Position numbers and translations under genes: made by a program. DNA of 64,000 nt, taken from the NCBI RefSeq assembly GCF_009914755.1, contig NC_060947.1; one strand, 5' to 3'. Positions 15,513 through 33,129 of the stretch are shown one piece after another (the stretch's first letter is position 1; each line of letters begins with the position of its first letter). The DNA comes from the human T2T-CHM13v2.0 reference genome, Homo sapiens. The notes under the pieces were generated by a model that saw nothing but the letters and a program-made list of their open reading frames with translations, was not told the DNA's origin and made no database searches.

Positions 15513-18500
15513 TAACCCGATAACAACAACACTATTTGTATATACAAACACAAAGCAAAACAAAAACTAATAATAATTCTGTGCTTTAACTTCATCCCCC
15601 ACTTCCTAACTTTTTGTTGTTTCTATTTATATCTTATTGTATTGGCTATGTCTTGAAAAATTGTTGTAGTTATTATTTTGGGTATGTTCACCATTTAGTC
15701 TTTCTACTTAGGATAAGAGTAATTTACACATCACAATTACAGTATTATAATGTTCTGTTTTTCTGTATACTTACTATTACCAGTGAGTTTTGTACCTTCA
15801 TATGATTATGTATTGCTCATGAATGTTCTTTTCTACCTGATCGAAGTACTCGCTTTAACATTTCTTGTAGGACAGGTCTGGTATTTATGAAATCCCTTAG
15901 CTTTTGTTTATCTGGGACAGTCTTTGTTTTGTCTTCATGTTTGAAGAATATTTTTCACTGGATATACTATTCTAAGGTAAAAGTGTTTTTTTTTTTTCCC
16001 CTTCAGCACATTAAATGTGACAAGCAACTCTCTCCTGGCCTGTAGGATTTCCACTGAAAAGTCTGCTGCCAAATGTATTGGAGCACCATTGTATGTTATT
16101 TGTTTTCCCTTGTTGCTTTTAGGATCCTTTCTTTATCCTTGACCTCTGGGAGTTTGATTATTAAATGCCTTGAGGTAGTCTTTTTTGGGTTAAATCTGCT
16201 TGTTGTTCCATAACCTTCTTGTATTTGAATTTTGATACCTTCTCTAGGTTTGGGACTTTCCCTGTTATTGTTCATGTGGATGAACTTTCTATCCTTATCT
16301 CTTTTTCTGCTGCCTCTTTAAGGCCAATAACTCTTAGATTTGCATTTTTGAGGCTATTTTCTAGATCATGTAAATGTGCTTTTTTTAAAAAAAGCACATT
16401 TGTCTCCTTTGACTGCGTATTTTCAAGTAACCTGTCTTCAAGCTCACTAATTCTTTCTTCTGCTTGATTAATTCTGCTATTAAAGGACTCTGATGCATTC
16501 TTCAGTATGCCATTTGCATTTTTCACCTCCAGAAATTCTTCTTGATTCTTTTAAATTATTTCAATCTCTTTGTTAAATTTATCTTTCAGAATTCCGAATA
16601 CATTTTCTGCATTATAATGAATTTCTCTGATTTTCCTCCCTATAGCTATTTTGAATTCTCTGAAAGGTCACATGTCTCTGTTCTTCCAAAATTGGTCTCT
16701 TGTGCCTTATTTAGTACATTTTGTGATGTCATGTTTTCCTGGATGGTGTTTATGCTAGTAGATATTTTTCAGTGTCTGGGCATTAAAGGATTAGGTATCT
16801 ATTGTAGTCTTAATATTGGTAACCATTCTTCTTACGAAGGCTTTTCAGATATTTGAAAGGACTTGGTTGTTGTGATGTAAGCTGTATCTGCTTTAGTGGG
16901 CACCCCAAGCCCAATAACAATGTGCTTCTTGCAGACTTGTAGAGGTACTGCCTTAATGGTCTTGGACAAGATCTGGTAGAATTCTTTGGATTACCAGGAA
17001 GAGACTCTTGTTCCCTTCCTTTACATTTTCCCAAAGATACAGAGTCTCTCTCTCTTTTTTGAGCCACCTAAAACTGGTGGTAGACACAAGCAGCCCTGTG
17101 GCCACCACCACTGTGACTACACTGAGTCAGACCTGAAGCCATCATAGCACAGGGTCTCATCCAAGCCCTGCTGTAATCAATCTTGGCTACTGCTTATGTT
17201 AGCTCAAGGCCCTTGGGGTCCACAATCAGGAGGTGGCAAAACCAGCCAAGACTGCATTCTTCCCTTTAGGGGGGCAATGTTTCCCAATCCCTGGATGAGT
17301 CCAAAAGTGCTGTCTGGGAGTCAGTAACTTAAGTAAAAGTCCTCTGCTATCTACCTGGTGTTCTGTTGCACTGCGGCTGAGCTGGCACTCAAACCACATG
17401 AGGCAGTACTTTCCACTCTTCCCGCCCCTTTCCAAAGGCAGAGGAGCCTCACTCCATAGCCACCACTACCCTAGGCCATGAGGAGTACTGCCAGGCTACT
17501 GCTAATGTTCTCTTAATGCCCAAGGGCTCTTAAGTCAGCTTGTCATGAATGCTGCCTGGCCTTGGACTCACTCTCCAGGGCAGCGGGCTTCCCACTGGCC
17601 CAGGGCAGGTCCAGAAATGCTGTCCAAGAGTCAAGTACTGGAATCAAGGACCCCAAGAGCACGCTTGGTGCTTTATCCCCTTGTGGCCTTGCTGGTACCT
17701 GAGGTACAAGACAAAGTCTCCTTGACTTTTCTTTCTGTTTTTTGCAAGCAGGAGTAGTGCCCTATAGCCACCACAGATGCTTATGTGGTGAGTCTCAGCT
17801 GAAGCCAGCAAGTCTCAGAGGTGCACCCAAGACCCTGGCTGTAGTACCTGGGTATCACTAGTTATTCAGGGCCCAAGGGCTCTTCAGTTAGCAAGTGATT
17901 AAGGCTGCCAGGACTGGGTCCTTTCCTTCAAGGCTGCAGGTTTCCTTCTTGCCCAGGGTGTGTCTAGAAATGTGTTCTGGAAGCTAGGAGCTGGAATGGG
18001 GGCCTCATGACTCTGACAGGTGCCCTTTCCTGCTGTGGCTGTGCCGGTATCCTAGATGGAAGATGCAGTTCTCCCAACTCTTTCTCTCCTCTACTCAAGT
18101 GAAAGGAAGGGGTCTGTTATGGAGCTGTGAGCTGTACAGCCTGGGGTTAGAGGAGGCGTGATTGCAGCACTCCCTTGGCTTCCCCATCTGGTGTCTCAGT
18201 ATGTCATGTGCCCCTGCAGTTCACTGTCTCTGGGCCTAATTTAGCACTAGGACTCACCTAAGATTTGCAGTCCTTATGGCCTAGACTGCCTTTCAAGTTT
18301 ACTTGGAGACAGAGAGTGCTGTAGCCTTTGGTAGCGAGGTTTGCAGGCACTCAAGTTTGGATTGCTGGGATCTGCGATTCCCCTCTGGCTAGGGTTGGTT
18401 TAAAAGCTCCCCCTATAGGCAAGCATCAGCTGAGTGTTTTGAGGGTTTTCTTTCTGCTCCAACAAGAGAGTAATGAGTTCATTTCCTCACAATTGCTGTG

Positions 18501-19044
18501 CGCTCTCCTCCCCAGCATCCAGAGTTGCTCTCCACACCATGCTGGTGATGCTGGGGTGGGGGATGCGTGGTATTGACAATTCAGGACTGTTTTTTCTATC
18601 TCTTCAGTGCCTCTTTCAGTAATACATAGTTAAAACCAGGTACTGTAAATGCTTACCTGATTTTGCATTCTTTTGTAGATGTTTTTTTCTTTGTAGATAG
18701 TTGTTAACCTGGTGTCCTTGTGGAGGAACAACAGTAGAGGTTTCTATTCTGCCATCTTGCTCTGCCCTCCAAAGCCCGAAAATGTTTTTATTTTTAAAGT
18801 CTTGCGATGCGATATAACTTTCCTTTTGTATCTATGTATCATTACTTTAATATAGTTGTGTTTTTGAAAAAAATGATAGAGGATACATGTACTAAATTAG
18901 TTTCCATGTATGTCTAGGTTGAGATTAGCTAATATTCCAAGTCGACATAAACTAGGCACCAATGTATACTTGATGTCAGTTTCCCAAATTGCAAGCACAG
19001 GGCAAAAGCGTAGATAAATAACTGATAAATAACTAACTTAAAGA

Positions 19045-19145
19045 ATTTTGCACTCATGTCAAAAGATTGCTGTGACAGTTAAATGGCATAATATATGTAA
19101 AACATTTAGAATAGCATCTGGCACATAGTAAGCACTATGTGTCTT
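19045..19145 (+). mobile_element. MIR 3' fragment
   Basis: ttaaatggcataatatatgtaaaacatttagaatagcatctggcacatagtaagcact. Confidence 0.7.
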
Positions 19146-19636
19146 TGTTGTTGATGCTGTTACTGTTGTTAAAAAATTATACTACAGTATATTTGCGTGT
19201 GTGTGTGTATGCGTGTGTATGTATCAAGGGCTTGACTTTAGTTTTAAAATATCTACAATTTGTTCTGTCAAGTACTTAGATTTAATCAACAATTCTAAAT
19301 TATCTTCAAAAATCCAAGAGAAACACATAGGTATGTAAATATGAATAGAACAATGGTGTAATATTCATTATTTATTTTTAATTCTATTAACATGGTTTAT
19401 TTGCATCTTATAGCTATTTTCCTTTATAGTCAAGTACATGCCAATATAGGTGTCATGATTTTACTAATACTCTATGTGTGTGGATTAAAAAGTCAGCTCT
19501 TTATCATTTATTTATTCTTTAGCACTATGCTTACAATTTGGGAAACTGTTGTCAGGTATACATTGATGCCTAGTTTATATTGACTTGGAAAATTAGCTAA
19601 TCTCCCTCTAGGCATGGAAATCTGATTTAATACATG

Positions 19637-19946
19637 TTTTTTTTTTTTTTTTTTTTTTTTTTTGAGACGGAGTTTCGCTCTGTCGCCCAGGCTGGAGTGC
19701 AGTGGCGTGATCTCGGCTCACTGCAAGCTCTGCCTCCCGGGTTCACGCCATTCTCCTGCCTCAGCCTCCTGAGTAGCTGGGACTTACAGGCACCTGCCAC
19801 CACGCCCGGCTAATTATTTTGTATTTTTAGTAGAGATGGGGATTCACCGTGTTAGCCAGGATGGTCTCGATCTCCTGACCTTGTGATCCACCCGCCTCAG
19901 CCTCCCAAAGTGCTGGAATTACAGGTGTGAGCCACCGAGCCCAGCC
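19637..19946 (-). mobile_element. AluY SINE
   Basis: CpG-rich, AluY diagnostics (gcaagctc, ttcacgccattc, cgtgttagccaggatgg), long pure T tail. Confidence 0.95.
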
Positions 19947-20619
19947 TGCATTCTCTGTAATTAACCCCAGTGTGCAGATGAGGAAACTGAAGAACGTTAA
20001 CAATAGTAACTCAAATTTCTCTGACTCTTGACTCTGCTTACTTATATAAGGCCTCTAGCTCCTTGCAGATCTTCTAATTTCACTCTTCCCTATCATCTAT
20101 TATTTCTGAGTGTCCAGATACAGCTTGTGAATCTATACAGTTTGTGTTGTGTGCTTCTGTTGCATACTTACGCTTCTGTGTGTCCCTTACCTAGCACTAG
20201 TTTCCAACTAGGTACTGTTGCCACTCTGTTAGGCAGTATAGTCTATTGTGTGTTTTGGGGAGAGTGGAGGTACTTTTTATTTGTACTCTATTGACTCTCA
20301 GAAGGTAGCATCATTGCTTCATTATCCCTCAGGGGAAAAAGCAGTCTTCTGCTGGGTGCCACCACACTTTCCTTGGACACTATTGCTGCTTTTCTAGACC
20401 ACCCTCTAGAACACTGATGGTAGCGAAGGTGAACTGTCCTTTGTGATAAAGAGACCCCTCTTTTGCTTTGTTCTACATGATTAGTGGAGTTGAGAACAGT
20501 CTGCTTATCTCTGAATGTACTGGAATTTTTTTATTGAAACTGCAGTTTGCAACTTTTACACAAAATACTCTTTCTTTTCAGAGCTTAGATATGTTTCCAT
20601 GAGGCTCGGCCAAGGACAG

Positions 20620-20970
20620 ATTTGAGTCATATGTTATATGTGGAATTACTACTCCCTTCAGATGACTAAGATTTGTTGCTAGGTCGAGTTTTTGTCTTTT
20701 CCCATCTCTCTCTCTCACTTCCTGTAGGATGAATTTCCTCTTAGTAGCCTCTTTGTCCCCCAGTTTATCCTTCCAGATTTGTTCAAGGATTTCTTAACCA
20801 ATCATTTAGACTCAAGCTTGACTCATTTTCATAGAGAAGAGACCATTTGGTTTTGCAGTACCCAGTGTGCCCTCTTCAAGGTGTGAGTCATCAACAAAGA
20901 TAGAATTCTGCTGCAATTTGATTTTTGTAAAAATAAAGTGGTTTCAGCTGATGAAGCAGAACCAATAGGG
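20620..20970. promoter_or_regulatory. Candidate enhancer: three perfect AP-1 sites
   Basis: TGAGTCA 20623-20629, TGACTCA 20819-20825, TGAGTCA 20884-20890 in non-repeat DNA. Motif evidence only. Confidence 0.35.
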
Positions 20971-23900
20971 GCTATCAAGTTGTGCTGCTTAAATGCATTT
21001 TTACATTTCAACCTTTTCAAAGATCTTAATTAAAAAGAATGCCCATTAGTACCCAATACTCCAACCAGTACTCCTTTCCCTTTTTGAGTTTATGCAGCGT
21101 ATCATTTTTTTTCATGAATTCTGTCAGCACGTAAGAGAATATTGTGAAAGTAAATAGCTTTTTATCAAAATTAAGCAGCTTTGCAAGGATACAGTTCCAT
21201 CTGGATATGTTTTCAAAATGCATGGCTGCAAAGAAAACTCACCCTGTTGCTGAGATACAAATATTTTATTTTCTAGTGATCGAGTGTTGGTAATGCTTGA
21301 ATTTAAAGAAAAGCATGCATTAGAGAATTGCTAATGGTTTCATGGGGGTAATTTCAGTAATATTCCAACCCTTGAAGTTTTTTATGAGAAGGTTTGAGAG
21401 CTTAGGGTCAGATTTGTGTTATTTAGACTAACGCCCATGGATCAATCCTTCAACAATATTGCTAAACCAAGCTAATGTAATCAAATAGAGGATTCCTCTA
21501 TTGTGGCGCAGTCAAGTTTTCAAAGTTGACAAGTAAGATGAATTTAGAAGAGAGAGAGTTTATTAGACAATATAAAAATAAAAGTCAATCTTAAAGCTTA
21601 CCAATGAAAAATAGGCATTTCAGCTGTGCAAACTGAATACAGCTGAAATGCTAAGGTCATGTCTTGTGTAGAAAGGGAGACACAATTTCATTCTGATTCT
21701 ACTGACATTTTGCTTTCTAGGTGTTAGGCACTGAGCTAAGTACTTAAGATAGCTTAATAAAATATGATTTACAAATCTCTAAAATTCTTTAAAAAACCTC
21801 TTCCTTTAAGTATTCCTTAGTGCTCATATACATCTTATTTTTCAAATTGAAATTAGTTTAATAATTACAATGTGTGTTTACTGTAGAAAGATTAGGAAAT
21901 ATAGTCAAGGAAAACATTTCTAAAAATCACTTATAATTTTATTATCCAGAAATAACCATTGTGTCATCTGGGTGAACATTTTTCCAGGACCATTTCTATG
22001 CATGTACTTCATTTTATAGGGATATATTTCTAAAACAGCTTACACTCCTTCCAACTTGCCTTCTTCTTGACTGTAGCATGCTAATTATTATTTAGCTTCA
22101 TAGTGATCACTCAAAGTCAGGATTATAAACATCAGTTTTTAGTCTGTTTTTGCTATATGAAGTCTTCATTCTAGAGTTCTAAGAGAGGCAACCAAGAGGC
22201 TACTTTTAATCTAAAGGAGGATTTAGGACTCAGAGCAATACCACAATAGAGCAAGAGTGCAAATTTCAGACATTATTCTGAATTATCTGTGGATTCTCAC
22301 TTGCAGAGAATCTATGGATTCTCTACTTGATTGGTAGGATGTTTTGAAATAATGCTTTAGTCTCAAGGGAGGGAATATGCATAATTATTTAAATATATTA
22401 GTTGAAGCAAAACTGGACCATGGGTTTAACTGTTGTTACTAGTAGGCAGACTAGTTGATGGGTTATATAAGCTTATAGTATGAGAGATACTAGAAAACAT
22501 ATCAAAGACATTTCTCTAAAGATCTCTCTCACCACCTACTTCAGTAATGTACAGCATTCACCATTAGAGCTACTTCCTTGGTACAGGGCATTAAAATCTC
22601 TGTGAGAATGCAAATATGTTATGTGGGAGGGAAAGTACCATCATCTAGAAACATCTGAGTTTGAATGAGTAATGGAACTCAGCAAATAGCACAGTGCCTG
22701 GCATATAGTTTGTATGACAACTAGTTTATTAATTGGATGTTGAAAAAAGGGCACAGAGGATTTGATATAAGCTTGAACAAAATGGCCCAGGAAAGCATCA
22801 AACACAAAAACAGCTTCTCTGCTGTTCTCAGTTTATGGAATGTGTAGTGTTCACAGCTTTTGGAGTGGTGAACATCCCAAATAGAATAGATGAGGAAAAT
22901 GTGTTGTACCTTTTGCTACTCTGCAAATGGTATTTGGACAGAAGATCAAATTCCCTCATCCAGTTTTAGTTGGATATTCTTCTGGAGATGACCAGAGAAA
23001 AACTGAGTATCTTTAAGGGTAAAGAAAGTTACCCAGTTTTCTAAATTGGGCTGAAGTTATTGCCACGTTTCAGCAAGGACATTCTCACCTAAGGGTATGA
23101 GGCAATGATATGAGTGGTGAAAACAAGTCTCATTCTCAGTTGATTTATGGTTAATGCTTCAGATCAAGAGTTTGCTCCTCTCCTTCCAGAGCACTCTACT
23201 TACAGGAAAGCTACTTGAGAGTAAAGAGTATAATGCTGAGTTGAGTAGTAAAGTTAGACTGCTTGGCTTGGGAGTCAGGATCTACTTACGCTATCTGATG
23301 AACAGCTATCACCCAGAGAAACATGGCAGAGTATGGGATTCTGAAAAGACAAGAAGCAGCTTGACTAACATTTGATAAAGAGCAAAGAAATTGGGCACCT
23401 GGGTGCTCTCTTAGCTAGGAGTCAGGGTAGCATTCTGAGTATCTCTATATCCAGAAAGGAGGAAATTTAGGGAAGCTTGAAAAGGAGAAAAAAATGCACC
23501 AAAAGATAAGACTGCTTCTGTTTCACTTTACCATGCATGGCCAGCACAGTATTCTTAGGCCCATGAGGTCCAGGAGAGGTAGGAGTTTCAGGATATTCCG
23601 TTGGTTTTGCTTCTATTTTCTCTTCTCATTCCTTGGATTTTATATTTTTCTCTATGTCCATTTGTATAGGCGAGAACATTTTGTAATAGCTTTGGATGAA
23701 GAAAATAGCTGTAAAGTGTTAAAAAATGCCAGGAAGTAAAAACTCAGTTAAAAATTTATTTACCTTTCTGCCATCAGCTTTTCTTTTTATGGGCAGATAT
23801 TTTAGTTATGAAAATTCCATTTATGGTATGAGTATCAGGAGAAACCCAATAAATGTAAAGTAATGCACTTTAATAGATGCTCATATTTAATTTTTGTATT

Positions 23901-24311
23901 TTTTATTTTAGAAATGCTCTTAAAAATATGTGGCTCTTGTCTTTGGTGAGAGAGACATGAAAAAAAATCTCTGCATTCCAGGAAGCAGACCAGTTTTAAT
24001 TAAAAATGTCAGTCTAATTTGTCTTCCTCCCAGAGCTACCGGTATTTTGCCTTTGGGCTGTTGTGTAGACTTATGTATCATTTGTCTGAATATAAGTAAC
24101 TCTCATTTTCACACTTGCCTTTTCTTGCCTAAATCCTGTGTAGGATTTAGACAACCTAAAGTTTGTCAAAATGGTTGGTTATAGTGGCAAATTAATTTCA
24201 TATCTGGTGTGTGTATGTATATATATACACACACACTTTATATATATATATAAACTTATGAATAGAAGATGATTTTATCTTTTGTGTGAATGAAACAATA
24301 AAACATGGTCC

Positions 24312-24922
24312 TGTTGGGGGTCCCCATGATCACCCTTCAATGGGATGATTCACTAGAAGGACTGACAGAACTTACAAAAGCTGTTACAGTCATCATCATC
24401 ATACATTACAATAAAGGGATACAGATAAAAACCAATAAAGGGTAAAGATGCATAGGGTAGAGTCCACAAGAAATGGGTGTAGTCTTCCAGTTGTCCTCTC
24501 CCACTGGACGGACACAGACAGCACTTAATTTTCCCAGCAACCATGTGTGACAACATGGGGAAAGTGTTGTTAAACAGGATTGCTCATCCAAGACTTGGTT
24601 GCCAGGGTTTTATTGGGTGTCAGCTGTATAAGCATGCAAAGCATGACTGACCTTAGCTACTCAGTGTCCAGCATCTCTCTCTCCTCATCAAACTGATTCA
24701 GTGTGGCCCAGGGCCCCAGATGTTCATGATAAATCACACTGTTAGCATGTTCTCTGTGGTGTGTCCCAAGGCTCTGGGTATACAAAGACTTTTAATCAGG
24801 CAGCATATTCCAAGGGCTTAGAAGTTATTTCACAGGACCCTAACAAAGGTCAGTCCTAAGAACCTTTGGAATGTGTAGGATTTAGACAACGCAGGCCTGC
24901 TGAGATTACCCTTTACTACACA
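24312..24922 (-). mobile_element. MER21-like (MER21C) solo LTR
   Basis: tgttgggggtcccc...gattcactagaaggactgacagaac...caggcctgctgagattaccctttactacaca; TG..CA ends. Confidence 0.8.
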
Positions 24923-26539
24923 GTGGTGGTGCCAAATACAAAGGCTTTTCACATTAACCAGAGTGCTGGATTACTTCTTTGGGAAAATGGTAAAGGCATT
25001 CCTTTGCTTTTAAAATGTTGAAGCCAAGTGGACAAACATTGTCTTACCTCAAGGGTGCCTTTTCTGTTGTGTATATGTTCTAAGGGGAGACTAAGTAGCA
25101 TTGTGGAGGCCAACAGAGGCCTGGTTTGTGGAACAGCCACTATCGCTGGTAGTATGTGCATTGTCTCTAGAGGGCTGTGTGTCAATGTTAAAATATTATA
25201 TGGAAGAGGAAACACTACTTGGTTAACTATTTGTTTATCTGTGTAAATTTCTTTATCTTGTTGTACAGCATAAAATCTGACAGAGAAGAAAACACCAGGG
25301 AATGATGAATGAACATTTTTATTGGGAAAACTGAGAACAAAAGTCTGGAGTAAAGAGTGATAAAAATGGTTAAGCTTGTGACCACACATGGGTGTTCCTG
25401 AGAATCAACAAGGAATTCTGAGAGCAGGGTGTATGAAGGATATTCAGTAAATATTAATTCAATATGAAGATACATTTCTCCAACTTCCCAGTTTTCTTGG
25501 AGGGCAGACTGTGAGGATATGATATGTTTTTGGTCTTGTGTTTACTTGTCAATCTCACTTGGTTTCAAACATTTAGAAGAATATAATGAATATATAGGAT
25601 ATTTGGGTGTCTGTGACTTATATTTAAGACTTCTTACTTTTAGTAACAGGATTAATTTCAGACCCAACCTGTGGGTAGAGCAGCGGCACACAGTGGTGGG
25701 AATTTAAAGGAAAGCCATGGCACTGATTGTTAAAATGTGAACTGTAGTATCAGGTAGCAAACTGGATCTTATTCCACATAGAGCAAGGTTTAGTATAAAG
25801 ACCAGTTTACTCTTATGGTATCCATGTAAAATTTTACATCTAGAAATTTGAAGTATCCAGCAAATATAAATTTTTTATTCAAATGTTATTTTAAAATTAT
25901 ACTGAATCCTCTGTGATTTGGATACTAAATTTATAAAAAGGTAAATTTGAGCATGTAGCAAACATAGATCTGAATAAACTTGGTGCTTTAATATTAGTAG
26001 TGATGGCTAAACATGTTTAATGAGCAGACAACTTCATAGGAATAATTAGTCAAAACAGTAAGGTCTAATAAAAAAATTTGAAGCTGAACTAGAAACTCAG
26101 TTTTATGTTTGTCTTTTTAAATTTATGGATGATAGAATTGTATTTCGGGTTCTGCCAAATTGGTTGCATAAAAGAACATCCTGTATTTTTCAGTAATTAA
26201 TTTATAAAATGGTTTCAGATTTTGTTGAAGAGAAATTGATTTGATAATTGTTCTGTCTTCCAAATGTGTTTTAATTTTATACTGTACAATTCAAAGGCTG
26301 TGTAACTTTTACTTAACGAGCCACCTAATTTTAATTATTCTTCTCTCTGTTTTTCCTCTCTTCTTTTCTGCTCCTCTGATTTTTGCTCTCTGACTCTCTC
26401 CCCTGCCACCTTTTCTCCCTATTTTCATCCATCCATCTATCCATTGAATAATTTTGCATCCTCCTATTTACAAGTATAATACTAATTACTAGGGGCACAG
26501 AGATGAGTAAAGCTCACATCTTTTCCTTAAGAATTGCTA

Positions 26540-26830
26540 CATCTGCACCTATTCAGTGTTGTCAGTCTTCTTGTGATTGTAAAATATTTACTAATTGTGG
26601 CTTTAATTTGTATTTCTCTGATAATTAATGAGGCTGAGCACCTTTTCAAGTACTCATCGGCCATTCATATACTTTATTTTGTGAAATGTCTAGCTCTTTG
26701 GCTAATTTTTATTGGATTGTGTGTCTTTTTATTATTGCATTGTAGGAGTTCTTTCAAAGTTCTGGATACAAGTGTTTTCTCAAATAATATACATTGGAAA
26801 AATATTTTCCATTATGTGGCTTTACTCTTT
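26540..26830 (-). mobile_element. Old L1 (L1M/L1ME) ORF2 3' fragment
   Basis: ttgtggctttaatttgtatttctctgataattaatgaggctgagcacctttt, typical antisense L1 ORF2. Confidence 0.7.
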
Positions 26831-27322
26831 TTTTCCAGATGTATTGAGGTATCATTGATTGATAAATAAAAATTGTATATGTTTAAGGTATGCAACATAA
26901 TGCTTTGATATATGCATTGTGAAATAATTACCACAATCGAGCTAATTAACATATCCATCATCTTGCATAGTTACCTTTTTTGGTGAGAATATTTAAGATG
27001 TAATTTCTTAGCAAATTTCAAATATATAATACATTATTAACTAATGTCACCATGCTATACATTAGATATCCAGAACTTATTCATCATATAACTGAGAATT
27101 TATGCCCTTGGATGAATATCTTCCTATTTTCCCACAATCCCCAGTCCCTGGTAACCACCATTCTACTCTCTGTTTTGGTAAGTTTGACTTTTACAGATTC
27201 CACATATAAGTGAGATCATGAAGTGTTTGTCTTTTTGTGTCTGGCTTATTTCACCTAGCATAATGCCCTCCAGATTATTCATGTTGTCTCAAATAGGATT
27301 TCATTTTTGTTAAGCCTAAATA

Positions 27323-27327
<5 letters not shown>

Positions 27328-27373
<46 letters not shown>
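27328..27373. repeat. (CA)n microsatellite, ~23 units
   Basis: Directly visible. Confidence 0.95.
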
Positions 27374-27376
<3 letters not shown>

Positions 27377-27674
27377 GGTTTAGTATCCGTTATCTGGAAT
27401 GGGAGTGCTTGGGAGCAGAAGTGTTTTGAATTTTGAATATTTTCAAGTTTTGGAATATTCACATATATATAATGAAATATCTTGAGGATGGGTCCCAAGT
27501 CCAAACACAAAGTTCATTTATGTTTTATATATACCCGGTACACATAACCTGAAGGTAATTTTATAGAATATTTTAAATAATGTTGTGCATAAAACAAAGT
27601 TTTGACTGGAAGCTATCACAGGTCAGGTGTGGAATTTTCCACTTGTGGTGTCATGTCAGCGCCCAAAATTTTTT

Positions 27675-31872
<4,198 letters not shown>

Positions 31873-33129
31873 TTTTGGAGTATTTCAGAGTTTGGATTAT
31901 TGCTTTAGGGATGCTTAACCTGTGCCACATTCTTTATCCATTCATTTGTTGACAGACACTTAAGTAGTTTCTATATCTTGGCTATGGTGAATGATGCTAC
32001 AATTTACAAAGCAGAGCAGTTATCTCTTTAAAATCGTGATTTAATTTTTTATATATACCCAGAAATGGAAGTGTTAGATCACATAGTAGTTCTATTTTTA
32101 ATTTTTTGAGGAGCCTCTATACTGTTTTCTATATCATCTGTACCAATTTGTATTCCCATCAAGAGTGTACAAGGGTTCCTCTTTATCCACATTTTCATCA
32201 ATACTTATCTTTTGACTTTTCGATAATAACCATCTTAACAGGTGTGAGGCGATGTCTCATTGTGGTTTTGATTTGCATTTCTCTGATGATTAGTGATGTT
32301 GAGCATCCTTTCATATACCTGGTGGCAATTTTTATGTCTTCTTTGGAAAAATGTCTGTTCAAGTTCTTTGTTCATTTTTTAATTGGAATATTATTTTTGT
32401 TATTGAGTTATATCAGTTCCTCATATATTTTGGATATCAAATCCTTATCAGATATATGGCTTGCAAATATTTTCTCCAATTCCATAGGTTGCCTTTTCTT
32501 TCTGTTGAATTATTTTTTTTGCTGTATGGAAACTTTTTAGTTTCACATAGTCTCACTTACGTATTTTTGCTTTAGTTGCCTGTGCTTTTGGTGTCATACC
32601 CAAAAATTCATTGCCCAGCCTGATGTCAAGGAGATTTTCCCCTGTGTTTTATTCTAAGAGTTTTAAACTTTCAATTCTCACATTTAAAAATCTTTAATCC
32701 ATCTTGAGTTGATTTTTTCTATGTTGCAAGGTTAGAGTCCAATTTCATTCTTTTGCATGTGGATGCCCAGTTTTCCCAGCACCATTTATTGAAGAGACTA
32801 TTTTTTTCTCCATTGTGTATTATTGGTACCTTTGTTAAAGATTAGTTAGCTGTATATTTATGGCTTAATTTTGTTGCTTTCTATTCATTGGTCTGTGTGC
32901 TTGTTTTTATGCCAGTACTATATTGCTTTGATTATTACAGTTTTGTTATATAACTTAAAATCAGAAAGTGTGATAATTCTAGCTTTGTTTCTCTTATTCA
33001 AGGTTGCTTTAGCTATTCAGGGTCTCTTGTGTTTCCATACAAATTTCAGGATAGTTTATTTAGGTGAAAAATACTATGGGAATTTTGATAGGGATTGCAT
33101 TGAATCTGTAGATTTCTTTGAGTAGTATA

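Noticed and set aside
24207-24254. Palindromic TG/TA/CA stretch
   Set aside because: Self-complementarity is a trivial property of dinucleotide microsatellites.
24949-25389. 146-aa ORF in unique DNA
   Set aside because: No recognisable domain, non-ATG start in the track, and length compatible with chance.
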